From the NCBI GenBank assembly GCA_963834965.1, contig CAWIEI010000002.1, forward strand, positions 27,359 to 91,358: DNA of 64,000 bases, in the 5' to 3' direction. The stretch is from an uncultured Actinomycetota bacterium. Lineage in GTDB: Bacteria; Actinomycetota; Actinomycetes; Actinomycetales; Dermatophilaceae. This document shows, in pieces, positions 39,869 through 48,438 of the stretch. The stretch's first letter is position 1. Each line of letters opens with the position of its first letter. The notes beneath the pieces were generated by a model, which did no database searches, was not told the DNA's origin, and saw nothing but the letters and a program-made list of their open reading frames with translations. A program made the translations under genes and the position numbers.

Positions 39869-42800
39869 GTGCGCGTCACGATCGACGGGAACCAGGCGGC
39901 GGTCGACGTCGCCTACCGGCTCAACGAGCTGTGCGCCATCTACCCGATCACCCCGAGCTCGACGATGGCCGAGCTCGCCGACGAGTGGGCCAGCCACGGG
40001 CGAACGAACGTGTGGGGGAGCGTGCCCACCGTCGTCGAGATGCAGAGCGAGGGCGGCGCGGCCGGCGCCATGCACGGCGCCCTGCAGGGCGGGGCGCTGA
40101 GTGCCACGTTCACGGCATCCCAGGGCCTGCTGCTGATGATCCCCAACATGTACAAGATCGCCGGAGAGCTGACGTCCACGGTGTTCCACGTGGCCGCCCG
40201 CTCGCTGGCGGCGCAGGGGCTGTCGATCTTCGGTGACCACTCCGACGTGATGGCGGTGCGGCAGACCGGTTTTGCGCTGCTCTCATCGGCATCGGTGCAG
40301 GAGGCGCACGACCTTGCGCTCGTTGCGCAGGCGGCGACGCTGCGCACCCGGGTGCCGTTCGTGCACTTCTTCGACGGCTTCCGCACCTCCCACGAGCTCA
40401 ACACCGTCGAGCTCATCGACGACGACGTGCTGCGCGCCGTCGTGCCGGAGCACCTGGTGCGCGAGCACCGCTTCCGGGGGCTGACCCCGGAGCGGCCGTT
40501 CGTGCGCGGCACCGCCCAGAACCCCGACGTCTACTTCCAGGCGCGCGAGACCGTGAACCCCTTCTACGCCGTGGTGCCCACGGTGGTGCAGGAGGTCATG
40601 GACGAGGTCGCCGCGCACACCGGGCGGCACTACCGCATCGCCGAGTACACCGGTCACCCCGAGGCCGACCGCGTCGTCGTCATCATGGGGTCCGGCGGGG
40701 AGACGGTGCGCGAGACCGTGACCCACCTCGTCGGTGGGGGAGATCGGGTCGGGGTGCTCCAGCTGCGCCTGTACCGGCCCTTCCCCGCGGCCGAGCTGCT
40801 CGCCGCACTGCCGGCATCCGTGACCCAGGTGGCCGTGCTCGACCGCACCAAGGAGCCCGGCTCCAACGGTGAGCCGCTCTACCTCGACGTCGTCGCCACC
40901 CTCGCCGAGGCCCACGAGCGCGGTGACCGGGCCACCATCCCGCGCGTCATCGGCGGCCGCTACGGCCTGTCGTCCAAGGAGCTCACCCCGGCGATGGTCG
41001 CCGGCATCTACACCGAGCTCGCGCGCCCAGAACCCAAGCGCCGCTTCACGATCGGCATCACCGACGACGTCGGCGGCACCAGCCTGACGTACGACGACAG
41101 CCTCGACATCGAGGAGCCGGACACGCTGCGAGCCGTGTTCTACGGGCTGGGCTCCGACGGCACGGTCGGTGCGAACAAGAACACCATCAAGATCCTCGGC
41201 GCCGACCCCGACGTCTACGCCCAGGCCTACTTCGTCTACGACTCCAAGAAGTCGGGCGGGCTCACGGTGTCGCACCTGCGCTTCGGTCCGCACCCGATCC
41301 ATGCGCCCTACCTGGTCAACCGCGCCGGGTTCGTCGGGTGCCACCACCTCGGCCTCCTCGAGACCGTCGACGTGCTGGCCTGCGCCGAGGACGGCGCCAC
41401 CCTGCTGCTCAACGCGCCCCAACCGCCCGACGAGGTGTGGGACGCGCTGCCCGGCCCGGTGCAGCAGCAGGTGATCGACAAGCGTCTGCGCCTCTATGCC
41501 GTCGACGCCGCCTCCGTGGCGCGCGAGGCCGGCCTGCCCGGTCGCACCAACACCGTGCTGCAGACGTGCTTCTTCGCGATCTCGGGCGTGCTGCCCGCCG
41601 ACGAGGCCGTGCTGCGGGTCAAGGAGGCCATCCGCAAGACCTACAGCCGGCGCGGGTCGGAAGTGGTGCGCCGCAACGAGGCCGCCGTCGACGCCACGCT
41701 CGCTGCACTGAACGAGGTGCCGGTGCCGGTCGCCCGCACATCAGCACGCGAGATGCCCGACATCGTGCCCAGCGACGCCCCCGAGTTCGTGCGCACCGTG
41801 ACCGCCGCGATGATGGCCGGGCGCGGCGACGACCTCCCGGTCAGCGCGATGCCGGTCGACGGCACGTTCCCCAGCGGCACCACCGCCTACGAGAAGCGGC
41901 GGATCTCGGACGTGGTCGCCGCCTGGGACCCTGACGCCTGCATCCAGTGCGGCACCTGCAGCTTCGTGTGCCCGCACAGCGTCATCCGGTCGAAGTTCTA
42001 CGCCGGCGATGCGCTCGACGACGCCCCCGAGGGTTTCCGGTCGGCGCCGCTCAACGCCGCCGGCCTGCCCGGCTCGCGCTACACCCTGCAGGTCTACGTC
42101 GAGGACTGCACCGGCTGCGGCCTGTGCGTCGAGGCGTGCCCGGTCAGCCCGATCGGGGAGCCCACCCGCAAGGCGATCAACCTCGAGCCGCTCGAACCGG
42201 TGCTCGTGCCGGAGCGCGAGAACATCGGCTACTTCGAGGGGCTCCCGGTCAACGACCGTTCCCGCGTCGACTTCGGCACGGTGCGTGGAACCCAGTTCCT
42301 GCAGCCGCTGTTCGAGTTCTCGGGGGCGTGCGCCGGGTGCGGTGAGACCCCCTACCTCAAGGTGCTCACCCAGCTCTTCGGCGAGCGGCTCACGGTGGCC
42401 AACGCGACGGGGTGCTCGTCGATCTACGGCGGCAACCTCCCCACGACACCGTGGACCAAGAACGCCGCGGGGCGCGGGCCGGCCTGGTCGAACTCCCTCT
42501 TCGAGGACAACGCCGAGTTCGGCCTGGGCCTGCGCCTCGCCGCCGACCTGCACACCTCCCTGGCCCGCACCCGCCTCGCCCAGCTGCGCGAGGAGGTCGG
42601 CACCGAGCTGACGGACGGCATCCTCGAGGCAGGGCAGGTGCGCGAGTTCGAGCTCACCGCCCAGCGCGAGCGGGTCGCCGAGCTGCTCACCCGCCTCGAC
42701 GGCCTCGAGGGCCCGGTGGTGGAGGACCTGCGCAGCGTCGCGGACCACCTGCTGCGGCGCACCGTGTGGATCGTGGGCGGTGACGGCTGGGCCTACGACA

Positions 42801-43438
42801 TCGGCTCCGGCGGCCTCGACCACGTGCTCGCGAGCGGACGCAACGTCAACGTGCTGGTGCTCGACACCGAGGTGTACTCCAACACCGGTGGCCAGTCGTC
42901 GAAGTCGACCCCTGTGGGTGCCGTGGCCAAGTTCGCGGCGGCCGGCAAGGCATCGGCCAAGAAGGACCTGGCCCTGATGGCGATCGCCTACGGCGACGTC
43001 TACGTGGCCCGGGTGGCGATGGGCGCCGACCCGCACCAGACGCTCACCGCGTTCCGCGAGGCCGAGGCGTTCGACGGACCCTCGCTGGTGATCGCCTACA
43101 GCCACTGCATCGCCCACGGCATCGAGATGAGCAAGGGGCTCGACCAGCAGTACCGCGCGGTCGCCTCCGGGCACTGGCCGCTGGTGCGCTACGACCCGGC
43201 GGTGCGCAGCAGCGGTGGCAACCCGTTCCAGCTCGACTCGCCACGCCCGCGCATCCCGCTCGAGGACTACATCTACAACGAGCTGCGCTACCGGATGCTG
43301 CGCAACGCCGACCCCGCCGAGGCCGAGCGGCTGCTCGGGCTCGCCCAGGAGGCCGTCGACCAGCGCTGGCGCACGTACGAGGAGATGGCGACCCGCGGCG
43401 CCGACCGGTTCGCCGCCGACCCGAGGAGGACCCGGTGA
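39869..43438 (+). CDS. nifJ: Pyruvate:ferredoxin (flavodoxin) oxidoreductase, fused type
   Basis: YPITPS, EMQSEGGA, GSDGTVGANK, two CxxCxxC motifs, GACAGCGE, GGDGWAYDIG; 1189 aa. Confidence 0.97.
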   Translation: MRVTIDGNQAAVDVAYRLNELCAIYPITPSSTMAELADEWASHGRTNVWGSVPTVVEMQSEGGAAGAMHGALQGGALSATFTASQGLLLMIPNMYKIAGELTSTVFHVAARSLAAQGLSIFGDHSDVMAVRQTGFALLSSASVQEAHDLALVAQAATLRTRVPFVHFFDGFRTSHELNTVELIDDDVLRAVVPEHLVREHRFRGLTPERPFVRGTAQNPDVYFQARETVNPFYAVVPTVVQEVMDEVAAHTGRHYRIAEYTGHPEADRVVVIMGSGGETVRETVTHLVGGGDRVGVLQLRLYRPFPAAELLAALPASVTQVAVLDRTKEPGSNGEPLYLDVVATLAEAHERGDRATIPRVIGGRYGLSSKELTPAMVAGIYTELARPEPKRRFTIGITDDVGGTSLTYDDSLDIEEPDTLRAVFYGLGSDGTVGANKNTIKILGADPDVYAQAYFVYDSKKSGGLTVSHLRFGPHPIHAPYLVNRAGFVGCHHLGLLETVDVLACAEDGATLLLNAPQPPDEVWDALPGPVQQQVIDKRLRLYAVDAASVAREAGLPGRTNTVLQTCFFAISGVLPADEAVLRVKEAIRKTYSRRGSEVVRRNEAAVDATLAALNEVPVPVARTSAREMPDIVPSDAPEFVRTVTAAMMAGRGDDLPVSAMPVDGTFPSGTTAYEKRRISDVVAAWDPDACIQCGTCSFVCPHSVIRSKFYAGDALDDAPEGFRSAPLNAAGLPGSRYTLQVYVEDCTGCGLCVEACPVSPIGEPTRKAINLEPLEPVLVPERENIGYFEGLPVNDRSRVDFGTVRGTQFLQPLFEFSGACAGCGETPYLKVLTQLFGERLTVANATGCSSIYGGNLPTTPWTKNAAGRGPAWSNSLFEDNAEFGLGLRLAADLHTSLARTRLAQLREEVGTELTDGILEAGQVREFELTAQRERVAELLTRLDGLEGPVVEDLRSVADHLLRRTVWIVGGDGWAYDIGSGGLDHVLASGRNVNVLVLDTEVYSNTGGQSSKSTPVGAVAKFAAAGKASAKKDLALMAIAYGDVYVARVAMGADPHQTLTAFREAEAFDGPSLVIAYSHCIAHGIEMSKGLDQQYRAVASGHWPLVRYDPAVRSSGGNPFQLDSPRPRIPLEDYIYNELRYRMLRNADPAEAERLLGLAQEAVDQRWRTYEEMATRGADRFAADPRRTR

Positions 43439-44460
43439 CCGACCTGACGACGAGCTATCTCGGTCTGGCACTGCGCAACCCGCTCGTGGCGAGCGCCTCG
43501 CCGCTCTCGCAGGGGGTCGACCGGGTGCGAGCGCTGGCCGGGTCTGGGGTGGGGGCCGTGGTGCTCTACTCGCTGTTCGAGGAGCAGGTGCACCGCGAGC
43601 AGCTGCGCGACCTGATGATCACCGAGTCGCACGAGGACGCCTTCGGCGAGGCGCAGACCTGGTTCCCGACGGTGCCCACCACCCAGCCGGTCGGGTCGGC
43701 CCACTACCTGCACCTGCTCGAGCAGGCGTCGGCCGCGGTCGACGTGCCGGTGATCGGCAGCCTGAACGGCAGCAGCCCCGGCGGCTGGGCCAGCTTCGCG
43801 CGGTCGATGCAGGATGCCGGCGCCGCGGCCATCGAGCTCAACATCTACCTGGTGCCCGGCAACCCGCACACCAGCGGGCGCGAGGTCGAGGACCGGCACG
43901 TCGAGATCCTGCGCCAGGTCAAGGATGCCGTGACCGTGCCGGTCGCCGTGAAGCTGAGCCCGCACTTCAGCTCGATGGGCGAGATGGCGCTGCGGCTCGA
44001 CGTCGCCGGCGCCGACGGGCTGGTGCTCTTCAACCGCTTCCTGCAGCCCGACGTCGACCCGGAGACGATGACCGTCACCACCGGGGTGGGCCTGTCCTCC
44101 CCGGCCGAGGCGCGCCTGCCGCGCACCTGGATCGCGATCCTGCGCGGCCACGTCACGGCATCCCTGGCTGCCACGACCGGCGTCGAGGATGCCGGCGACG
44201 TCGCGGCCTACCTGCTCGCCGGTGCCGACGTGGTGATGACCGCGTCGGCCCTGCTGCGGCACGGGCTGGGTCATGCCGGGGTGCTGCTCACCGGGCTGGA
44301 GGGCTGGATGGCGCGGCACGGGTTCGCGGGGGTCGACGAGTTCCGCGGACGCCTCGCGGTGCCGGTCGGCGTCGACCAGACGGCGTACGAGAGGGCCGGT
44401 TACGTCGCGGCACTGGAGCAGGCCCGGCACACCTACGGCGACCTGGTCGTCGGCGGCTGA
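43435..44460 (+). CDS. Dihydroorotate dehydrogenase-like FMN protein
   Basis: YLGLALRNP, VAVKLSP, LFNRF; GTGA overlap with nifJ. Confidence 0.88.
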   Translation: MTDLTTSYLGLALRNPLVASASPLSQGVDRVRALAGSGVGAVVLYSLFEEQVHREQLRDLMITESHEDAFGEAQTWFPTVPTTQPVGSAHYLHLLEQASAAVDVPVIGSLNGSSPGGWASFARSMQDAGAAAIELNIYLVPGNPHTSGREVEDRHVEILRQVKDAVTVPVAVKLSPHFSSMGEMALRLDVAGADGLVLFNRFLQPDVDPETMTVTTGVGLSSPAEARLPRTWIAILRGHVTASLAATTGVEDAGDVAAYLLAGADVVMTASALLRHGLGHAGVLLTGLEGWMARHGFAGVDEFRGRLAVPVGVDQTAYERAGYVAALEQARHTYGDLVVGG

Positions 44461-44475
44461 GCCGGGCGGCATCCG

Positions 44476-44584
44476 CCGTCCCGGAATCGACCAATTGGTC
44501 ACACGAGGGCCGCCCGTCCCGGAATCGACCAATGGTCAAGGGGCGCCCGTCCCGGAATCGACCAATTGGTCACACGAGGGCCGC
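44476..44584 (+). repeat. Three tandem repeats (38/33/38 bp) sharing the family III core
   Basis: CCGTCCCGGAATCGACCAAT(T)GGTCA occurs three times. Confidence 0.9.
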
Positions 44585-44601
44585 ACGGAGGTGCTCCTGG
44601 G

Positions 44602-44676
44602 GACATGCAGTAGAGCCGGTAGCCCGTGGCGCCGAGCATGGCGCATACCGCCGCGGTCGCCCACTGCATGTCACCA
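44602..44676. repeat. Palindromic element family IV, copy 2 (reversed)
   Basis: GACATGCAGT...ACTGCATGTCACCAG. Confidence 0.8.
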
Positions 44677-44740
44677 GACGCACTCATCCGCGCTTGTCGA
44701 CACGGCCATCGCGTCGGTGGTGCTGGGCAGACTCGCTGAC

Positions 44741-45091
44741 ATGGTGGTCGTGGCGGACGTCCGCAAGGTGGCGATGGGCCTGCCTCGCACGACGGAGCAC
44801 CTCGTGCGGGACCGGGTGAAGTTCCGGGTCCGGCAGCTGGTCTACGTGGCGTTCTCCAGGGACGAGACGCTCATGGGGTTCGCCTTCCCCAAGGAGGAGC
44901 GCCTGGCTCTCGTCGAGAGCGAACCCGACAAGTTCCTGCTCCCTCAGCCCGGCGACCTGCGGTTCAACTGGGTCGAGGTGCGCACTGGGTCGCTCGACCT
45001 GGAGGAGATGACCGAGCTGGTCACCGATGCCTGGACGATGGTGGTGCCGAAGGGGGTCGCCCGCGCGTACTTCGACCGGTCCGTCGGATGA
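44741..45091 (+). CDS. MmcQ/YjbR-family protein
   Basis: VRKVAMGLP...KFRVRQLVY...ELVTDAWTMVVPK. Confidence 0.82.
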   Translation: MVVVADVRKVAMGLPRTTEHLVRDRVKFRVRQLVYVAFSRDETLMGFAFPKEERLALVESEPDKFLLPQPGDLRFNWVEVRTGSLDLEEMTELVTDAWTMVVPKGVARAYFDRSVG

Positions 45092-45140
45092 CCGAGCTGC
45101 CCGGAGCCGCGGGGGGCCGTAACCGACCGCGGGCCGCCGG

Positions 45141-47045
45141 TCAGCCGAGGACCTCGTCGACGTAGCACCAGCGCCAGGCCTCGCCCGGCTCGATGCTGCG
45201 CATCACCGGGTGGCCGGTCTCGGCGTAGTGCGCGTCGGCGTGCTTGCCGACCGAGGAGTCGCAGCAGCCCACGTTGCCGCACATGGCGCAGGCGCGCAGG
45301 TGCACCCAGGTGAGGCCCTCCGCCAGGCACCGCGGACAGCCCTCGGCGCTCGTGGGCGGTGTGGGGACCTCGGTGGCGGCCAGGTGCTCGCACGCACCCG
45401 CGATGCGGTCGGGCGGGAGCAGGGGTGACTCGCGCACCTCACCGGAACGGGTCGCGTTCCAGATCAGGGCGGACTCCTCGGCGTCGAGCTGGCCGAGCAC
45501 CGAGGTGAGCACCTCGTGGTCGACCCCGCCCAGGTCGCGGATGCGCAGCAGCTCGGCCCGCTCCTCGCGGATCATCTCGGTACGCACCCGGGCGCGCGCC
45601 TCGCTCGGGGTCTCGTCGTCGCCCTGGCCCAGGGTGCCCAGGCGCTCCCAGCTGCGGTTGACCCGGTTGCTGGCCTGCTCGCGGATGGCGGCCACGGTCG
45701 CCTCGTCGGCCGACGCATCCGCCTCGATGAGCCGCAGGCCCGCGCCGGTGGTGGCGCCCAGCACCGTGGCCTCCTGCAGGGCGTCCTCGCGCGGGTCGGG
45801 GCCGCGCACGCCGAGCAGGCGGGCCAGCCAGGGCAGGGTGGAGCCTTGCAGCAGCAGCGTGCCGATGGTGACCACCAGCGCGATGAGGACCAGCTCGGCG
45901 CGCAGCGGCGTGCCCTCCGGCAGGGTGAGGGCGGCCGCCAGGGTGACCACGCCACGCATCCCCGCCCACGAGCCGACGACACCACCCCGGAGCCGGTCGG
46001 CCCGGTCGACGCTGGCGGTGCGCCGGTTGGTCAGCAGGGTGTACGGGATCATCCACAGCGGCCGCAGCACCAGGCAGGTGAGCAGCACGACCAGGCCCAC
46101 GAGGAGGGTGCGTCCGGTCGACAGCTTGTCGTCGCTGACCACGCCGTCGAGCAGCCCGGCGATCTGCAACCCGATGAGGAGGAACACCGAGTTCTCCAGC
46201 ACGAACGTGATGCTCGACCAGTTGATCCGTTCCGACAGTCGTGACGGTGCCGTCTGCAGCACCGGTGCCTTGTGGGCCAGGAGCAGCCCGGCGGTCACCA
46301 CCGCGAGCACACCGGAGGCGCCGAGCCGCTCGGCCGGCACGTAGGCCAGGTAGGGCGCGACGAACGACAGGGCAGTGTCGGCCGGCACCTCGGTGATGTG
46401 CTTGCGGATCAGGCCGATGACGAAGAACGCGAGCACGCCGACGGCGACGCCCCCGACCGACGCGACCAACAGCTCGAGGCTCACCGACGCCAGGGTCACC
46501 TCGGGGGCCGCCTCGGCTCCGCCGGCACCGTGCGCGAGGGCGAGCCCCGCAGCGGCCAGCGCGGTGCGCAGGGTGACCAGGGCGGTGGCGTCGTTGAGCA
46601 GCGACTCACCCTCGAGGATGGTGGTGATCCGTCTCGGGAGGCCGATCCGGCGGGCGACGGCGGTGGCGGCCACGGCATCCGGCGGGGCGACGATGGCACC
46701 CAGTGCGAGGGCCAGCGCGAACGGGATGGGCAGCATCAGCCAGGCGACCAGCCCCACGCCGGCCGCGGTGAAGAGCACGAGCCCGACCGACAGGCTGAGG
46801 ATGGCACCCCGGTGCGCCCGCACGTCGAGCAGCGAGGTCGACAGGGCGGCGGCGTAGAGCAGGGGGGGCAGCAGGCCGTAGAGCACCAGCTCGCTCGACA
46901 GCCGCACCTCGGGGATGCCGGGGACGAACGACAGCACGGCACCGACGACGAGCAGGGCGATGGGCGTCGGGATGCCGGACGGCGTCACCCGGCTGACCAG
47001 GATGACGACGAGAACGATGGCGACGACGAGTGCGGCGAGCTCCAC
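45141..47045 (-). CDS. CPA1 Na+/H+ antiporter with C-terminal UBP-type zinc finger
   Basis: PPDAVA, GESLLND, GMRGVVTLA; CEH...CPRC...CAMCGNVGCCDS...HADAH. Confidence 0.92.
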   Translation of the reverse strand: MELAALVVAIVLVVILVSRVTPSGIPTPIALLVVGAVLSFVPGIPEVRLSSELVLYGLLPPLLYAAALSTSLLDVRAHRGAILSLSVGLVLFTAAGVGLVAWLMLPIPFALALALGAIVAPPDAVAATAVARRIGLPRRITTILEGESLLNDATALVTLRTALAAAGLALAHGAGGAEAAPEVTLASVSLELLVASVGGVAVGVLAFFVIGLIRKHITEVPADTALSFVAPYLAYVPAERLGASGVLAVVTAGLLLAHKAPVLQTAPSRLSERINWSSITFVLENSVFLLIGLQIAGLLDGVVSDDKLSTGRTLLVGLVVLLTCLVLRPLWMIPYTLLTNRRTASVDRADRLRGGVVGSWAGMRGVVTLAAALTLPEGTPLRAELVLIALVVTIGTLLLQGSTLPWLARLLGVRGPDPREDALQEATVLGATTGAGLRLIEADASADEATVAAIREQASNRVNRSWERLGTLGQGDDETPSEARARVRTEMIREERAELLRIRDLGGVDHEVLTSVLGQLDAEESALIWNATRSGEVRESPLLPPDRIAGACEHLAATEVPTPPTSAEGCPRCLAEGLTWVHLRACAMCGNVGCCDSSVGKHADAHYAETGHPVMRSIEPGEAWRWCYVDEVLG

Positions 47046-47061
47046 GGGGAGATTGTCGCTG

Positions 47062-47664
47062 TTACGGGGCCTGCGGGGTGATGTCGCCCGTCAGGTAGTG
47101 CTCGAGAACGGGCCCGATGGCCGCGACGAGCTCCTCCTGGGAGGCGTCGACCAGGCGCGGCACCCCGACCACGTGCCGGGCGAACGCCAGCCCGGCGATC
47201 TGCGCGGCAGTGAGCGCGGCCCGCAGCTCGGGCTGCTCGCCGCCGAGGTGGTGGGCGAGCGGGCCGAGCAGGCGCTCCATGAGCAGGTCGCGCACCCGCT
47301 CGGCCGCCGCCTCCTCCGAGGCTGCGGCCCGCAGCAGGCCGGTCATCGTGCGGCGCGCCTCGGGGGTGTCCAGCATCCCGACGGCGAAGGCCGCGAGCCG
47401 GACACCGACTCCCTCGTGCCCGGGGGCCAGCAGGGCGGGCATCACCTGGCCCGGGTCGAAGGGCAGCTCGACGACGGCGATGAAGAGGTCCTGCTTGCTA
47501 CCGAAGTAGTGCGTGACCAACCGGGTGTCGACGCCGGCGTCGCTGGCGATGCCGCGCAGCGTGGTGCGCGGGTAGCCCAGCTCGGCGAAGGCCCGCGACG
47601 CGGCGGCGAGGATCGCCTCGCGGGTGCCACTGCCTGCGGGCCGGCGACCTCTCGGAGCTGCCAC
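47062..47664 (-). CDS. TetR-family regulator
   Basis: TTLRGIASDAGVDTRLVTHYFGSK. Confidence 0.9.
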   Translation of the reverse strand: MAAPRGRRPAGSGTREAILAAASRAFAELGYPRTTLRGIASDAGVDTRLVTHYFGSKQDLFIAVVELPFDPGQVMPALLAPGHEGVGVRLAAFAVGMLDTPEARRTMTGLLRAAASEEAAAERVRDLLMERLLGPLAHHLGGEQPELRAALTAAQIAGLAFARHVVGVPRLVDASQEELVAAIGPVLEHYLTGDITPQAP

Positions 47665-47833
47665 CAGATCTCCTCGTCCACGCGTTCATTCCTCAGTTGG
47701 GGAAAGTATGCCGTGCCGCCGCGGCTCGGTGGTCCGTCGGGCACCTGGTCCCCGCCACGATGGCCGGATGGCGCCTGGAGATCCGCACTCTCGCCGGGTA
47801 GGTCGCGTGGCCGGAACGGCGTCTGACCATGTG

Positions 47834-47872
47834 TGCACACTCACCGCACCAACCGTTTCGGTGAGTTGTGCA
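47834..47872. repeat. Intergenic hairpin
   Basis: TGCACACTCACCG-N12-CGGTGAGTTGTGCA. Confidence 0.6.
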
Positions 47873-47919
47873 GTCGGGCAACGCGATCCAGTCCGGATGC
47901 CGCGGAGCAGATGAGCCCC

Positions 47920-48288
47920 TCAGGACCTGTTGTCGTCGACGTACTGCACGAGGCAGAACTCGTTGCCCTCGACGTCCTTGACGACCACCACCACACCTTC
48001 GTCATAGTCATGGCGTTCACCGGTCGGGGACCCGCCGAGCGCGACGACCTGGGCGATGCCGTTGTCGATGTCGTCGACCTCGATGTCGAGATGGAGCCGG
48101 TTCTTCGTCACCTTCGACTCGGGGACGGGCTGGAATACCAGGCGCGGCTGTGCGTCGCCCCGCGTGCCCAGGTAGGCCCATCCGTCCTCGGTGGGCCCGG
48201 GCGGTCGATCGAGCAGGGAGCTCCAGAAGGTGGCCACGCGCTGCACATCGAGGCAGTCGACGGTGACAGCGGACCAGCGATTTCCCAC
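47920..48288 (-). CDS. VOC/glyoxalase family protein
   Basis: VTVDC, KNRLHLD, DVEGNEFC; TAGGGT -10 upstream of the GTG. Confidence 0.88.
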   Translation of the reverse strand: MGNRWSAVTVDCLDVQRVATFWSSLLDRPPGPTEDGWAYLGTRGDAQPRLVFQPVPESKVTKNRLHLDIEVDDIDNGIAQVVALGGSPTGERHDYDEGVVVVVKDVEGNEFCLVQYVDDNRS

Positions 48289-48357
48289 GACGGTCACCCT
48301 AACCGTGCTCACTCCACGGCGGCCGGACGCAGGCCGCACCTCCGGCCATCGGTTGGC

Positions 48358-48420
48358 TCGAGGGGTCGAGACATGCCCGGGATCGCGAATCCCACGGGCA
48401 TGTCTCGACCGGTCGACTGG
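48358..48420. repeat. Palindromic element family II, copy 2
   Basis: GGTCGAGACATGCCCG...CGGGCATGTCTCGACC followed by GGTCGACTGG. Confidence 0.88.
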
Positions 48421-48438
48421 CGACACCACCCCAACGGA

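Noticed and set aside
44476-44584. Possible mini CRISPR array
   Set aside because: The units are directly tandem with no unique spacers (units 1 and 3 are identical), and no cas genes are present
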